Source: Methanothrix sp. (GTDB lineage Archaea > Halobacteriota > Methanosarcinia > Methanotrichales > Methanotrichaceae). Taken from it: a stretch of 30,820 nucleotides of DNA. Both the position numbers and the translations under genes were made by a program. The notes beneath the pieces are model-generated. The model did no database searches, had not been told where the DNA came from, and saw only the letters and a list, made by a program, of their open reading frames with translations. The stretch lies in assembly GCA_040770465.1 (NCBI GenBank), contig JAXGJB010000036.1, forward strand, positions 1 to 30,820, given 5' to 3'. Positions 15,597-25,249 of the stretch are shown piece by piece (within the stretch, counting starts at the first letter, position 1; each line of letters opens with the position of its first letter).

Positions 15597-16619
15597 ATGA
15601 AGTATCTTCAACAGATCGTGGAGGGGAGGGACCTCTCCGTCTCGGAGGCGGAGGCCCTACTCCGCGAGGTCTTCGAAGGGGCGACGGACGCCCAGATCGG
15701 GGCGCTCCTCATCGCCCTCAAGATGAAGAGCGAGTCGGTCTCGGAGATCGCGGGGCTCGCGAGAGCCATGAGGGCGAGTTCGGTCCGGATCAGCCCGAGG
15801 GTCTCGGGGCCCCTCGTCGACACCTGCGGCACGGGCGGGGATGGGACGAACACCATCAACGTCAGCACCGCCGCGGCGATCGTCGCCGCTTCCTGCGGCG
15901 TCTTTGTTGCAAAGCACGGAAACTACGCCGTCAGCTCATCTTGCGGAAGCGCCAACGTCCTTTCAGAGCTGGGGGTGGAGGTCGCCCCGGGGCCCGAGCG
16001 GGTATGTGAGAGCATCGAGCGCCTGGGGATCGGCTTTTTGCTCGCCCCCGTCTTCCACCCCTCCATGAAGCGGGTCGCCCCCATCAGAAGGGAACTCGGC
16101 ATGAGGACGGTCTTCAACATCCTCGGACCTCTTACAAACCCCGCCGGAGCGAAGTATCAGCTGATGGGGGTCTATGACCCGGAGCTCTGCGAGAAGCTCG
16201 CATCTGCCCTCAAGATCCTGGGAACGGAGAGGGCGATGGTCGTCCACGGCTCGGGGCTCGACGAGATCACAAACACCGGCCCGACCAGGATATCCGAACT
16301 GAATGGGGAGAGCGTCAAGACCTACACCATGACGACAGAGCAGTTCGGCTACCCCCAGGCCTCCCTGGACGAGATCAGAGGAGGCAGTCCCGAGGAGAAC
16401 GCGAAGAAGCTCGTCGATATCCTCTCGGGCTCCCGAAACCCGGGAAGGGATATCGTAGCCATGAACTCGGGGGCAGCGCTTTACGTCAGCGGGGTCGCCG
16501 AGACCCTCTTCGACGGGGCGAGTATGGCGGAGGAGTCTATCGATTCGGGACGGGCCCTCGAGACGCTGAAGAAGATGGTTGCCGCCGGCGACCCGGCGAA
16601 GCTGGAGAGGTTTCTGTGA
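15597..16619 (+). CDS. trpD: Anthranilate phosphoribosyltransferase
   Basis: VDTCGTGGDG..TINVST, KHGN, SGSA-like CGSA, RTVFNILGPLTNP, GLDEI. Confidence 0.97.
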   Translation: MKYLQQIVEGRDLSVSEAEALLREVFEGATDAQIGALLIALKMKSESVSEIAGLARAMRASSVRISPRVSGPLVDTCGTGGDGTNTINVSTAAAIVAASCGVFVAKHGNYAVSSSCGSANVLSELGVEVAPGPERVCESIERLGIGFLLAPVFHPSMKRVAPIRRELGMRTVFNILGPLTNPAGAKYQLMGVYDPELCEKLASALKILGTERAMVVHGSGLDEITNTGPTRISELNGESVKTYTMTTEQFGYPQASLDEIRGGSPEENAKKLVDILSGSRNPGRDIVAMNSGAALYVSGVAETLFDGASMAEESIDSGRALETLKKMVAAGDPAKLERFL

Positions 16620-17257
16620 CCCGTGCCAAGATCTGCGGGATCAGGGACGCCGGAGCCCGAAACGTCGCCGTCGCTGCAGGAGCCGACGCCGTCGGCTTCG
16701 TCGTTGAGATCCCAAGGTCGAAGAGATGCATCGGCCGAGAGGAGGCGAGACGGCTGATCGGGGGCCTTCCGCCCTTCGTCTCCAGCGTCATCGTGACGGA
16801 GCCAGAGTCTGCGGCAGAGGCGGCAAAGCTCGCCCTCGACACCGGGGCCGACGTGATCCAGGTGAACGACACCCTCAGCTTCGATGACCTGGCGGCTCTG
16901 AAGGAGATGGTGCCCCAGAGGATTGTGGCGACGGTACCGGCAAGCTCCGGCATGTTCGATCGCGCCCGACGGCTGGCCGAGGTCGCCGACGCCCTCCTCG
17001 TCGACAGCTTCGAAGCCGGAAAGCTCGGCGGAACCGGGACCGTCCACGACTGGAACCTGAGCGCGGATCTGGTGCGAGAGATCGACCTTCCCGTCATCCT
17101 GGCGGGCGGGTTAGGCCCGGAAAACGTCGCCGACGCCATAGCCGCCGTCAGGCCCTACGCCGTGGACGTATCCTCCGGCGTCGAGACCGATGGGACAAAG
17201 GACCCAGCGAAGATCGAGGCCTTCCTCAAGGAGGTGAAGAGTTGCCGTCAGCCGTAG
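16616..17257 (+). CDS. trpF: Phosphoribosylanthranilate isomerase
   Basis: KICGI, GADAVGF, GGTGTVHDW, ILAGGLGPENV, VDVSSGVE. GTGA overlap with trpD. Confidence 0.96.
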   Translation: MTRAKICGIRDAGARNVAVAAGADAVGFVVEIPRSKRCIGREEARRLIGGLPPFVSSVIVTEPESAAEAAKLALDTGADVIQVNDTLSFDDLAALKEMVPQRIVATVPASSGMFDRARRLAEVADALLVDSFEAGKLGGTGTVHDWNLSADLVREIDLPVILAGGLGPENVADAIAAVRPYAVDVSSGVETDGTKDPAKIEAFLKEVKSCRQP

Positions 17258-18762
17258 CCGCATCTGAAATCTCGGCAGGGCTTGAGATGGGGTCGGTCCC
17301 CCGGCTCTTCGAGGTATCGGATCTCGTCGATCCCCAGGCTCCCCTCAACCTCTACTGCGCCCTCCGGAAGGAGCGGTTCCCCTTCCTCCTGGAGTCTGTA
17401 GAGAAGTCGGGGCAGAGAGCGCGGTTCTCCTTCGTCGGAGCCGACCCCGCCGCCGTGGTGACGGTGAAAGGGAGACGGTTTGAGATCGAGATCCGCGACG
17501 GCAAAGACGGGATTGAGGTGCTTCTGAAAAGAAGGCTGAAGGCTTCAGCCTCCGTCGACGGCGCCGGAGATGGCGGGTCCGTCCTCTCCGGCGAGATCAG
17601 ACGGGGGATGGACCTCTTCGACCTCCTCCGGTCTGCCATCCCCTCAAGCTGTGGCCCCTCGAAGTTCGGAAGACAGGCCTTCCTCGGAGGCGGCATCGGC
17701 TACCTCGCCTACGACCTCGTCGCCGAGAGGATTGAGAGGCCCTCCGCCTCGGATACGCCGGACGCGAAGTTCGGGATCTTTTCGAAGAGCTTCGTCTTCG
17801 ACCACCTGACGGGAAATGTCTGCCTGGCTGTGGCGCCTCTGACCCCCGAAGACGACCCTGAAGATATCGCCTCTCGCGCCATAGATCAGCTGAGAGACCT
17901 CGATTTAAAAGAGCCCAAAGCAAGCGATCTTGAGATTTTGTCAGTCGAGGCCGACCCCGCCGAGCCCTTCGAGGAATCGGTATTAAAGGCCAAAGAGCAC
18001 ATACTCGACGGCGACATATTCCAGGTGGTCTTATCAAGGAAGACCAGGGTGAGGCTCGGGAACCCAGATCCCGTCATCCTCTACAGGAGGCTGAGGGAGA
18101 TCAACCCGAGCCCCTATACTTACATCTTCGAGTTCGGTGACCATTCTCTGGTGGGGGCGTCCCCTGAGACCCTCTTCTCCCTCTGCGACCGGATCGTCAC
18201 GACAAACCCCATAGCAGGAACCTGTCCCCGAGGAGGAAGCAGCGAGGAGGACGACCTCCTCGCCGCAAGGATGCTGGAGGACGAGAAGGAGAGGGCAGAG
18301 CACGTGATGCTCGTCGACCTGGGAAGAAACGACGTCCGGTCCGTCTCAAAGGCCGGATCGATTAAGGTGGAGGATTTCATGGCAGTCTTGCGGTACTCTC
18401 ACGTCCAGCACATCGAGACGACCGTCCGGGGGACCCTCAGAGACGAGTGCGACCAATTCGACGCGGCGAGGTCGATCTTCCCGGCGGGAACCCTCTCGGG
18501 AGCCCCCAAGATCCGGGCGATGGAGATCATCGACGACCTGGAAGGGTCGGCGCGAGGGATCTACGGCGGGGGGGTCGGCTACTTCTCCGCCGACGGGTCA
18601 GCCGACTTCGCCATCGCCATCAGAAGCGTCGTTTTGGAGGGAGACGTCGCCGTGGTCCAGGCGGGGGCCGGGATCGTCGCCGACTCCGACCCCCACCGGG
18701 AGTTTCTGGAGACGGAGCGGAAGATGGCCGCCATGAAGCGGGCCCTGGGGGTGGAGCTGTGA
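17242..18762 (+). CDS. trpE: Anthranilate synthase component I
   Basis: FLLES, GDIFQVVLS, NPSPY, GASPE, PIAGT, EHVMLVDLGRND, FPAGTLSGAPKIRAM, QAGAGIVADS. GGAGGTGA RBS before the TTG start. Confidence 0.96.
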   Translation: MPSAVAASEISAGLEMGSVPRLFEVSDLVDPQAPLNLYCALRKERFPFLLESVEKSGQRARFSFVGADPAAVVTVKGRRFEIEIRDGKDGIEVLLKRRLKASASVDGAGDGGSVLSGEIRRGMDLFDLLRSAIPSSCGPSKFGRQAFLGGGIGYLAYDLVAERIERPSASDTPDAKFGIFSKSFVFDHLTGNVCLAVAPLTPEDDPEDIASRAIDQLRDLDLKEPKASDLEILSVEADPAEPFEESVLKAKEHILDGDIFQVVLSRKTRVRLGNPDPVILYRRLREINPSPYTYIFEFGDHSLVGASPETLFSLCDRIVTTNPIAGTCPRGGSSEEDDLLAARMLEDEKERAEHVMLVDLGRNDVRSVSKAGSIKVEDFMAVLRYSHVQHIETTVRGTLRDECDQFDAARSIFPAGTLSGAPKIRAMEIIDDLEGSARGIYGGGVGYFSADGSADFAIAIRSVVLEGDVAVVQAGAGIVADSDPHREFLETERKMAAMKRALGVEL

Positions 18763-19337
18763 CGAGAAAGACGATCCTCTTCATAGACAACCAGGACTCC
18801 TTCGTCTGGAACCTGGTCGACTACGTTTCCCAGTTCCATCCGGAGACCGAGGTGGTATCAAACAGGATCGAGCCCTATAAGGTGAAGGAGATCGACCCCC
18901 TGGGGATCGTCATCTCGCCCGGACCGGGCCATCCCGCAAACCCGAGGGACATAGGAAGCTGCATCGAGATCATGAAACGGTTTGAAGGAACCCCGATCCT
19001 GGGGGTCTGCCTCGGCCACCAGGCGATAAACCTCGCCTATGGGGGTACGATCAACAGGACGACCCCGGTCCACGGCAAGGCCTCCGAGATATTCCACGAC
19101 GGCCAGGGCGTATTCCGGGGGGTAGATAACCCCCTGAAAGGGGGAAGATATCATTCCCTCGCCGTCGAGCGGCTCGCGCCACCTCTGGTGATATCCGCCA
19201 AGACAGCCGAGGGAGTGGTGATGGGGGTGAGACATGTCGGCCTCCCCGTAGAGGGGGTCCAGTTCCACCCCGAGTCGGTTCTTACTCCCAACGGAAAGAG
19301 GCTGATAATCAACTGGCTGGAGGGACTTGGCAGGTGA
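18759..19337 (+). CDS. trpG: Anthranilate synthase component II (glutamine amidotransferase)
   Basis: IDNQDSFVWNL, ISPGPGHP, LGVCLGHQ, RYHSL, QFHPES. True start is GTG 18759, overlapping the trpE stop; the track's extension to 18447 is spurious. Confidence 0.96.
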   Translation: MTRKTILFIDNQDSFVWNLVDYVSQFHPETEVVSNRIEPYKVKEIDPLGIVISPGPGHPANPRDIGSCIEIMKRFEGTPILGVCLGHQAINLAYGGTINRTTPVHGKASEIFHDGQGVFRGVDNPLKGGRYHSLAVERLAPPLVISAKTAEGVVMGVRHVGLPVEGVQFHPESVLTPNGKRLIINWLEGLGR

Positions 19338-20095
19338 CCTCAGAGGTCGTCAGGGAGATCCTGAGGGCGACCGAGGCGAGGCTCGCGGAGCTTCCCGAGG
19401 CCGGCCCCGAGGATCGGATCATGGTCCAGGATCCCAGGGACATCACGGCCCGGGCGAGGTCCCTGCGGTCGAGGGGGGTCAGCCCCATCATAGCCGAGAT
19501 CAAGCCCCGGATCCTGAATCGATTCCTATCGCCCGATGAGGTGGCGACCATCGCCAGAGGGTACGAGGAGATGGGTGCCTGCGGGATCTCGGTCCTCACC
19601 CAGCCCACCTACTTTATGGGCTCCCCTGATAACGCCCGGATCGCGAGAGAGGAGGTATGCGTCCCCATCCTCAGAAAGGAGTTCGTCCTGGACGAGAGGC
19701 AGCTCGACGAGGTCGTCGCAGACCTCGTCCTCCTCATCGCCGCCTTCTCAAAGCCTCTGGACGATCTGGTGGAGGCAGCCCGCTCAAGAAACATGGAGCC
19801 TCTGGTGGAGGTCCATACCGAGGCGGAGCTGGCCGCCGCCCTCGGTACGAACGCCCGGATCGTCGGGATAAATAACAGGAACCTTGCGACCCTCGATGTC
19901 GACCTTGAGACCTTCGAGAGGCTGGGACCGGTGGCGAAGGCGTCGGGGCTCTTCGTGGTCGCCGAGAGCGGGATCTATTCCCGAGAGGACGTTTTGAGGA
20001 TGGAGGCGGCCGGGGCCGACGCCCTTCTGGTCGGAACCTCTCTGATGAAACGGCCGGAGCTTCTTCTATCCCTCAACGGCGGAGGAAGTCCCTGA
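19334..20095 (+). CDS. trpC: Indole-3-glycerol phosphate synthase
   Basis: IIAEIKP, ISVLT, PILRKEF, LVEVH, GINNRNL, VAESGI, LVGTSLM. Confidence 0.95.
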   Translation: MTSEVVREILRATEARLAELPEAGPEDRIMVQDPRDITARARSLRSRGVSPIIAEIKPRILNRFLSPDEVATIARGYEEMGACGISVLTQPTYFMGSPDNARIAREEVCVPILRKEFVLDERQLDEVVADLVLLIAAFSKPLDDLVEAARSRNMEPLVEVHTEAELAAALGTNARIVGINNRNLATLDVDLETFERLGPVAKASGLFVVAESGIYSREDVLRMEAAGADALLVGTSLMKRPELLLSLNGGGSP

Positions 20096-20102
20096 ACGGA
20101 TG

Positions 20103-20134
20103 GTCTCGTTTAAAAAGAGTCTCGTTTAAAAAGA
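20103..20134 (+). repeat. Perfect 16-bp tandem duplication in the trpC-trpB spacer
   Basis: GTCTCGTTTAAAAAGA x2 (20103-20118, 20119-20134). Confidence 0.9.
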
Positions 20135-20167
20135 GCTGAGTAGTACGTTAATTGGAGCTGATGACAG

Positions 20168-21367
20168 TTGATTAAGATCACCGATACGTCGAGTACGAGG
20201 TTCGGGAGGTTTGGCGGGCAGTTCGTCCCCGAGACCCTGATCCAGCCCCTGAAGGAGCTGGCCAGTGCCTACGAACGCCTGAAGGCGGACCCCGAGTTCA
20301 GGCGGGAGCTTTCAGGCCTTCTCGCCGATTATGCCGGAAGGCCGACCTCCCTCTACCTGGCAAGGTCCCTCTCCCGAGAGCTGGGCCGGAAGGTCTACCT
20401 CAAGAGGGAGGACCTGGTCCACGGCGGGGCCCACAAGCTGAACAACGTCCTGGGTCAGGGGCTCGTTGCAAAGGAGATGGGAAAGACGAGGCTCATCGCC
20501 GAGACGGGGGCTGGACAGCACGGCGTCGCCTCGGCGATGGTGGGGGCGAACCTCGGCCTTGAGACGGAGGTCTACATGGGCGAGGTGGACATCGAGCGGC
20601 AGAGGATGAACGTCTACCGGATGGAGCTATTGGGAGCGAAGGTGATCCCGGTGAAGTCGGGATCTAGGACCCTCAAGGACGCCATCAACGAGGCTCTTCG
20701 GGACTGGGCTGCAAGCTACGAGAACACCCATTACCTGATGGGGACGGTGGCGGGGCCTCACCCGTACCCTCTGATGGTCCGGGAGCTTCAGTCCGTCATC
20801 GGGACCGAGGCGAGAGAGCAGATCCTGGCGGCCGAGGGGAGGCTGCCGGATTCCGTCGCGGCATGTGTCGGCGGCGGGTCCAACGCCATGGGGATCTTCT
20901 CGGGTTTTCTGAAGGATGATGTAAAGCTCTTAGCCGTCGAGGCCGGAGGGAGGGGGACCTCTCACGACGAGAAGATCGCAGATCACGGGGCGTGTCTGAA
21001 CCTGGGGGAGGAGGGGGTCCTCCACGGTGCCATGACCAAGATCCTCCAGGACCCCTACGGCCAGATCCTCGAGTCCTACTCCGTGGCGGCGGGCCTCGAC
21101 TATCCGGGAGTCGGACCCGAGCTCGCTCACCTGGCGGAGATCGGGAGGGTCACTCCCGCCATCGCCGACGACGAGACCGCCCTGGAAGGACTGCGGCGGC
21201 TCTCGGTCCTCGAAGGGATCATACCGGCTCTGGAGTCGGCCCACGCCGTCGGCTACGCCCTCAAAAACCCCGAGGCTCTGGGCGAGGTCTCGATCATCAA
21301 CCTGTCGGGTCGGGGAGACAAGGATTTGGCGACGGTGATGGAGCACGAGAGGGGGGTTGGAAGATGA
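20168..21367 (+). CDS. trpB: Tryptophan synthase beta chain (TrpB1)
   Basis: [28 protein letters not shown] (PLP lysine), [38 protein letters not shown]. Confidence 0.97.
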   Translation: MIKITDTSSTRFGRFGGQFVPETLIQPLKELASAYERLKADPEFRRELSGLLADYAGRPTSLYLARSLSRELGRKVYLKREDLVHGGAHKLNNVLGQGLVAKEMGKTRLIAETGAGQHGVASAMVGANLGLETEVYMGEVDIERQRMNVYRMELLGAKVIPVKSGSRTLKDAINEALRDWAASYENTHYLMGTVAGPHPYPLMVRELQSVIGTEAREQILAAEGRLPDSVAACVGGGSNAMGIFSGFLKDDVKLLAVEAGGRGTSHDEKIADHGACLNLGEEGVLHGAMTKILQDPYGQILESYSVAAGLDYPGVGPELAHLAEIGRVTPAIADDETALEGLRRLSVLEGIIPALESAHAVGYALKNPEALGEVSIINLSGRGDKDLATVMEHERGVGR

Positions 21368-22149
21368 AGCTCGCTGAAGCCTTCAAGCGCCGCCCCCTCC
21401 TAATCGCCTACATCTGCGCCGGCGACCCGACCCCCGAGTCTACGGTCGAGATCGCAGAGCTTCTGGCGAGGGCCGGGGCAGACGTGGTGGAGCTGGGCCT
21501 CCCTCATTCCGACCCCATCGCCGACGGACCAGTCATCCAGGCGGCGGCCCAGAGGGCGATCGAGGCGGGGATGAACACCGACGTCTACTTCGAGATGGCC
21601 TCCCGGATCAGGGCCAACATCCCGCTGGTCTTCATGGGCTACTACAACATGATCTACCAGCGCGGCTTGGACAGGTTCGCGGAGGACTGCGCGGATAGCG
21701 GCATCACAGGCTTAATCGTCCCGGACCTCCCCCCAGAGGAGGCCTCCCCCCTCCGAGCCGCCTGCAAGCGGGCCGACGTCGACCTGATATACCTCGTCGC
21801 CCCCAACACCCCCGCCGAGAGGATCCCCTACATCGCCGAGAGCTCCAGCGGCTTTCTATATCTTGTCGCACGGTCCGGGGTGACCGGAGCGAGGTCCGAG
21901 GTCCTCTCGTCGACGAAGTCCCTCATCGAGAGGGTGAAGACCGATCTGCCCAAGGCCGTAGGCTTCGGGATATCGACGCCCGAGCAGGCGGCCGAGGTGG
22001 TCCGGGCGGGAGCGGACGCCGCCATCGTCGGATCGGTTTGCGTCGACCTGATCTCGAAGGGCGACCTGGCGGGGCTCGAAGAGCTGATCCGTGGGATGAA
22101 GGCCGCGATAATGGAGGCGCGGCCGATCGAGGTGACGGCGAGGATATGA
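21364..22149 (+). CDS. trpA: Tryptophan synthase alpha chain
   Basis: [54 protein letters not shown] 21364 overlaps the trpB stop (ATGA); the track's extension to 20992 is spurious. Confidence 0.97.
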   Translation: MKLAEAFKRRPLLIAYICAGDPTPESTVEIAELLARAGADVVELGLPHSDPIADGPVIQAAAQRAIEAGMNTDVYFEMASRIRANIPLVFMGYYNMIYQRGLDRFAEDCADSGITGLIVPDLPPEEASPLRAACKRADVDLIYLVAPNTPAERIPYIAESSSGFLYLVARSGVTGARSEVLSSTKSLIERVKTDLPKAVGFGISTPEQAAEVVRAGADAAIVGSVCVDLISKGDLAGLEELIRGMKAAIMEARPIEVTARI

Positions 22150-22167
22150 ACTGGCGTCTCGAGTGGC

Positions 22168-22205
22168 CGTCTTCGTCTCCCTCTTCTCTTTTCGTCCCTT
22201 TTTAT
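22168..22205 (+). terminator. Pyrimidine-rich/oligo-T terminator of the trp operon
   Basis: CTTCGTCTCCCTCTTCTCTTTTCGTCCCTTTTTAT about 20-55 nt after the trpA stop. Confidence 0.5.
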
Positions 22206-22368
22206 CGTCATCCTCAAAATCGAAGCTGGGATAGGAGGCGGTCCGTCGGGATCTTCGAGATCGAATCCTTCAAGGCCATTTTTAAGGCACCAGCAATGGA
22301 GTTAATCGGTGCTATCTGGACTATGGTGGCGAAATATTCATGCGGCTAAAATAGAACTTACTGAATAA

Positions 22369-22959
22369 GTCAAACAGCGCACCCCGCTGCAAGCAGCGGG
22401 GCATGTTCGCGCCGGTCATCAGCTATTCGAATTCTAACAAATTCATCTGCTTATAGCCTTCCTTCTCTTCGGGAGTTCCTTGTGTCTCAACATAATTGCG
22501 AATTATGTCCGACATCACACCATCTCCAACAGTTCCGATGTATCCTCCATCACTCCAAAATTCACTTCCCCAAAGCTGTTTCTTGATCTCTGGATATTGC
22601 TTGAAGAACTCCCTTGCAGTTATGCTTTTTATTATCTGCATGACCCTTGACGGCGAATATCTTGGTGCAGCCCCAACAAAAACATGTACATGATCTCCAT
22701 CTGTTCCTATTGCATCAAAATCGAACCAATATTTTTCACCTAGTTCATAACAAATGTGTTTAATATAATTAATACGATCAACATCTCTAAGGAGCTTTCG
22801 CCTATATTTGACACAAAAGACCATATGATAACGAATTTTATACGCGCAATGACTTGCCTTTCTCAGCTCGATCATCCATACTGAATAGGCAACAATCCTT
22901 AAGACGTTTTCTTGACCATCCCAACCGCAGCAAGCTGCGGGGTATTCATTTTAAAATAA
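22369..22959. mobile_element. IS200/IS605-family element, tnpA only (boundaries approximate)
   Basis: tnpA is flanked by related subterminal hairpins CCCCGCTGC-AA-GCAGCGGGG (22382-22401) and CCGCAGC-AA-GCTGCGG (22925-22940). AATAA occurs at 22364-68 and 22955-59. No tnpB. Confidence 0.85.
22423..22875 (-). CDS. tnpA: Y1 HUH transposase
   Basis: YHMVFCVKYRRKLL, DHVHVF (HUH), IKSITAR, LWGSEFWSDGGY, IRNYVETQ (catalytic Tyr, YxxxQ). Confidence 0.96.
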   Translation of the reverse strand: MIELRKASHCAYKIRYHMVFCVKYRRKLLRDVDRINYIKHICYELGEKYWFDFDAIGTDGDHVHVFVGAAPRYSPSRVMQIIKSITAREFFKQYPEIKKQLWGSEFWSDGGYIGTVGDGVMSDIIRNYVETQGTPEEKEGYKQMNLLEFE

Positions 22960-23190
22960 AGTAGATATTTTGATATTTAGTGAAATCTAACGTAGAATTT
23001 CGAATTTTAATCGCGTCATTATCTAAATAAATCGCTTTGTAATGGTATTCAAAGGTTGAAAACATCCCAATTTAAAGAACTCAAGGAAAGATATTTATAG
23101 CAAAAATTGGTATAATGTCTAAGCATCACCTCAGTGCATATGAGCTTCTGTCTATCATCGGAAACGGGCTTTGAGCCAGAGGATGCAAAA

Positions 23191-23934
23191 ATGGTCGATA
23201 TCCCTACACAGTTCACCTTTGAGCACCTGATGTCCCATACATTTCCGGGATTCTTCTCAGCCATAACCTATTTCATGCTTATTGATGTCTGGAGCCCTCT
23301 GAACCTCACAGCCCTAGTGATTAAAGATTTAACAGGTTTGGGAACTTTCATCGGATTTGTGCTTTTGATAGGCTCGATATTAGGGATTATAATTGACGGA
23401 GTCTATCATTCTGTAATTGCGGATAATATATTTGACCAGTTTGAAGGCGTGAACTCTTATAAAGGTGAGATTAAAACCAGGTGCTTCAAGGCTGGGTGCT
23501 TCGAGGGATCTCCTGAAGGAGATGAAGAGAAGTTGTCGCACCAGGAGTTGTCGCACCACTATTTCATCAAGCAGATGGGGGAGGAGAAAGCGATCACTAT
23601 CTTTCAAAATATAATCAATTCGTATTATTGTTATGCGAGATTTTACTCGAATACGTTTATTGCGCTGGTTCCCTTTTCGATAATCGTTCCTTTTTATCTC
23701 TTCGATATATTTCAAATTTCGTGGGGATTGTGTGTATTTATCGGCATCATAGCATTTCTTTCCGCCTGCTTCTGCTTAAACAGCGGTTATGTGGCCTACT
23801 GGATGTATAATAGGGCATTATTTTCGGCTATCTTTGGATATATTAATACTAAAAATGATACTACGAAACCCAAAAAGGGTGAGTCTGCCGGAAAATGTTG
23901 TAAGATCGAAGTGATTATTGAAGGTGATGAGTAA
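23191..23934 (+). CDS. Hypothetical multi-pass membrane protein (AT-rich islet)
   Basis: Long ORF in AT-rich DNA with about 4 TM segments. ATG 23191 follows AGAGGA; track start is 23134. No family recognised. Confidence 0.75.
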   Translation: MVDIPTQFTFEHLMSHTFPGFFSAITYFMLIDVWSPLNLTALVIKDLTGLGTFIGFVLLIGSILGIIIDGVYHSVIADNIFDQFEGVNSYKGEIKTRCFKAGCFEGSPEGDEEKLSHQELSHHYFIKQMGEEKAITIFQNIINSYYCYARFYSNTFIALVPFSIIVPFYLFDIFQISWGLCVFIGIIAFLSACFCLNSGYVAYWMYNRALFSAIFGYINTKNDTTKPKKGESAGKCCKIEVIIEGDE

Positions 23935-23936
23935 AT

Positions 23937-24911
23937 ATGTGTTTTGGATTGCTACCTTTTATAATTGCTATTATCTTTATTTTGTCAGCTAATATTATTC
24001 TCGTATACAGCCGCAAAGATAAAAAATATTTATTTATTAATATGAATTCATCCTTTCTGCAAATCCTGTCTATCGGCACCACATTTTATATACTATATAA
24101 TAAGTTATATATATTTATATTAGTTATATCGTTGTTATTCATTGAAGCTTTGTGCTTTATAATTTGGGATTCGTCCATTATATCTTTAATTAGCTCAAAT
24201 TGCAGATTAAATACGAACATCAAAACTACCTCACATAATCTTAAAGAAGAATCTTTAGCGTTTATCTCCGAAAATACGTTTCTGCTCACAGGCAGATTTT
24301 TAATATTGATATTTATATTCTTATTATCGCTATGGGTTATCCCTCCAATTCAAATCGTCGTCGATCCTCCAGAAATTGCAGAAAATATTTCGGCAGGGGA
24401 GTCCATTGTAGATATAATTTCGATAAGTAATCTAGGTGCGGAATTGGGAAATATAACTACTACGCCTAATCAACATGACTCTGTACCGCTATGCAGCCCT
24501 CTGCTCCTTAATTGCAGTACAATAAACGATACAAGTGGAACTCGGGCGATCAAATTTAATACGAGCGTAAATAATATATGGGTACACATTATTAATCCTG
24601 GAAATGTTACCATTCTCGTTGGAGATCCTGTAAATGATTCTGAAAATTCATCTCTGGAATTCGATTCACAAGATATTCTGTGGTTAGGATCGCCTGCTAG
24701 TACGGTCTGGTTGAATTCAGGTAGCGTATCCAAAACTAATTTGGCGAAAGACGAGATCGGATTATTTCAGGTTACTCTCGATGCTAAAAACTTGACTCGA
24801 GGAGAATATCGTGGATTCATCGATATAAAGGCAAATATTTCCGTGATATCAGGAAGAAGTGAGCAGAAGACCATCGGGAGAATACCAGTTGTTCTAAATG
24901 TTGCAGAATAA
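23937..24911 (+). CDS. Hypothetical membrane protein with extracellular beta-rich (Ig-like) C-terminal domain
   Basis: N-terminal 3-4 hydrophobic helices, then a beta-rich domain ending VTLDAKNLTRGEYRGFIDI...IPVVLNV. Starts 2 nt after the upstream stop, with GGTGA RBS. Confidence 0.75.
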   Translation: MCFGLLPFIIAIIFILSANIILVYSRKDKKYLFINMNSSFLQILSIGTTFYILYNKLYIFILVISLLFIEALCFIIWDSSIISLISSNCRLNTNIKTTSHNLKEESLAFISENTFLLTGRFLILIFIFLLSLWVIPPIQIVVDPPEIAENISAGESIVDIISISNLGAELGNITTTPNQHDSVPLCSPLLLNCSTINDTSGTRAIKFNTSVNNIWVHIINPGNVTILVGDPVNDSENSSLEFDSQDILWLGSPASTVWLNSGSVSKTNLAKDEIGLFQVTLDAKNLTRGEYRGFIDIKANISVISGRSEQKTIGRIPVVLNVAE

Positions 24912-25249
24912 GATGGCTCGCAAACGAAAGGGATAACTCAAATATAAACCAATATCAGCGGCGCAACAATACAATTAAAATACAATAAAAAAATAGTTGG
25001 ATAAAGTGGCACCCGATCGATTATTCCGTTGCGACTTAATTTAAGGTAAAACCCAGCCCCAATAGCCTCAGGCCTAAAGACGCATTAGCGTAACAGTCAT
25101 TACAGGTTTATCATCGGCCCCGATTCAAGAGCTTTATGCTGGATTATCTGGGAAAAAGTAAAAAGTCCCTGAAAAATGCACCGATCCGGAGAAGGGCCCT
25201 TCACCCTTCCCCGAATCCATCACTTCCATCTTCGTTCCGGCCTTCTCCA

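Noticed and set aside
18447-18758. Apparent N-terminal extensions or fusions of TrpG (and of TrpA, 20992-21363)
   Set aside because: Off-frame sequence within trpE/trpB; the real starts overlap the upstream stops (GTGA/ATGA).
15597-22149. Near-absence of Trp codons in the trp enzymes
   Set aside because: Real, but a well-known cognate amino-acid avoidance pattern rather than something new.
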